DNA of 49,969 nucleotides from Batkoa obscura (Eukaryota): NCBI GenBank assembly GCA_030770535.1, contig JASVEC010000114.1, positions 1 to 49,969 of the forward strand, read 5' to 3'. Shown piece by piece: positions 49,057 to 49,969 of this stretch (position 1 is its first letter; each line of letters starts with the position of its first letter). The notes under the pieces were generated by a model. It saw only the letters and a program-made list of their open reading frames with translations, ran no database searches and was not told where the DNA came from. The position numbers and the translations under genes were made by a program.

Positions 49057-49247
49057 TTAAGCTACAACTGGTTGAGCATATAATTTTGTTTTTTATATAA
49101 TATAAACAGAAATAAATAAAAACATTCAAATTAATAGTAAATAATAATAATAATGAATTAGATTAAGTTTAATTGAATATATTTTATTTTATAAATTAAA
49201 GAAAGAATAAGAAGATAAGAGAAATATCAAAAATAAATTAAACAAGA

Positions 49248-49791
49248 TTAAAGTTCATCATATTGGTTAGAACTATTAATAGATGAATTGTTATCATTGT
49301 CAATTCCCATTTCTTTATTTATACTATTAAAATAATTGTTTAAATTGTTTAAATTGTTTTCCATATTATCGTCCATTAATTCATCTTCATTCTCTTCGTC
49401 TTTATTTTTATCCCTTCCTATTACCTCTTGTGATAAGTTATCTTTCATCAATTGTTGATTTCTATTACCCATTAACGCCATTGCCATAAATTTCATTTCA
49501 TCTAATGAATATTTGTTCCCTGGTATTAACACTTCTTTATTACTATTTAAATATTGCATTAAACTCTTTAAATCACTAATAGTAATAGCCTCAAAATCCG
49601 GATTGTTTCTTAATCCATTAAATAAAACTTGTTTTTTATTATAAATATCAGCTACTTTTTTAGTACCCATAGATTTCAATGTAGATAATTGAGATTTAAG
49701 TACAGGTTTATTACCATACTTCCCAAGTTTTTTAAAATTAATTTGATTTTTTGCTGTTAGTATACCCTGTGCTATAAACTCCTCCGGTCCA
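49248..49791 (-). CDS. Terminal exon of a hypothetical protein gene that probably continues beyond the window
   Basis: Open frame GPEEFIAQGILTAKNQINFKKLGKYGNKPVLKSQLSTLKSMG...QYDEL* begins just after an AAG acceptor at 49792-49794, with an in-frame stop immediately upstream. Confidence 0.6.
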
Positions 49792-49969
49792 CTTTAAGAC
49801 ACTCAATAAAAAGAGGTAAGGTTAATAGTAAAAACCAAGGGTAATATTGCATTGTATTCTATTTTCTATTTTCTATTTTTCTATTTATTGATTACTGTTA
49901 ATTAATATTATTAGTTGCTGTTGGTGATAAAGAAATATAATTCAATTCTTGTCCTTCCTTTTTGTTATT

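Noticed and set aside
49248..49265. YDEL as proof of ER residency
   Set aside because: The N-terminus is not visible and the tail follows an Asn/Asp-rich low-complexity region, so the motif may be chance.

Overview
Very AT-rich eukaryotic DNA, most likely an early-diverging fungus (possibly Entomophthoromycotina/Conidiobolus-like; this is an inference from rRNA character, base composition and 49-69 nt GT-AG introns). Bases 1-~34418 are the edge of a tandem nuclear rDNA array on the minus strand with a 9,871-bp period. It holds three complete 18S-ITS1-5.8S-ITS2-28S cistrons and a fourth copy truncated inside the 28S. I see no linked 5S gene, group I intron or R2-type insertion. The ~3.85-kb spacer carries three families of degenerate subrepeats, including an array of hairpins whose stems change sequence but keep pairing. 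The 28S has an AU-rich D7a/ES19L expansion at the known 'hidden break' position. The remaining ~15.5 kb is non-rDNA, gene-dense sequence: an intron-containing LigE/beta-etherase-like glutathione transferase, a foldback (MITE-like) repeat family, a kinesin-4 family motor, a putative OB-fold protein and the last exon of an unknown gene. The most interesting feature is a group of 6-7 small secreted-protein genes I cannot assign to a family. It includes a tandem pair of cationic amphipathic peptide precursors and a tandem pair of triple glycine-zipper precursors with a distant Kex2-type relative. It is a candidate locus for undescribed membrane-active peptide effectors. Two apparent frameshifts fall in A-homopolymers and are probably sequencing errors.
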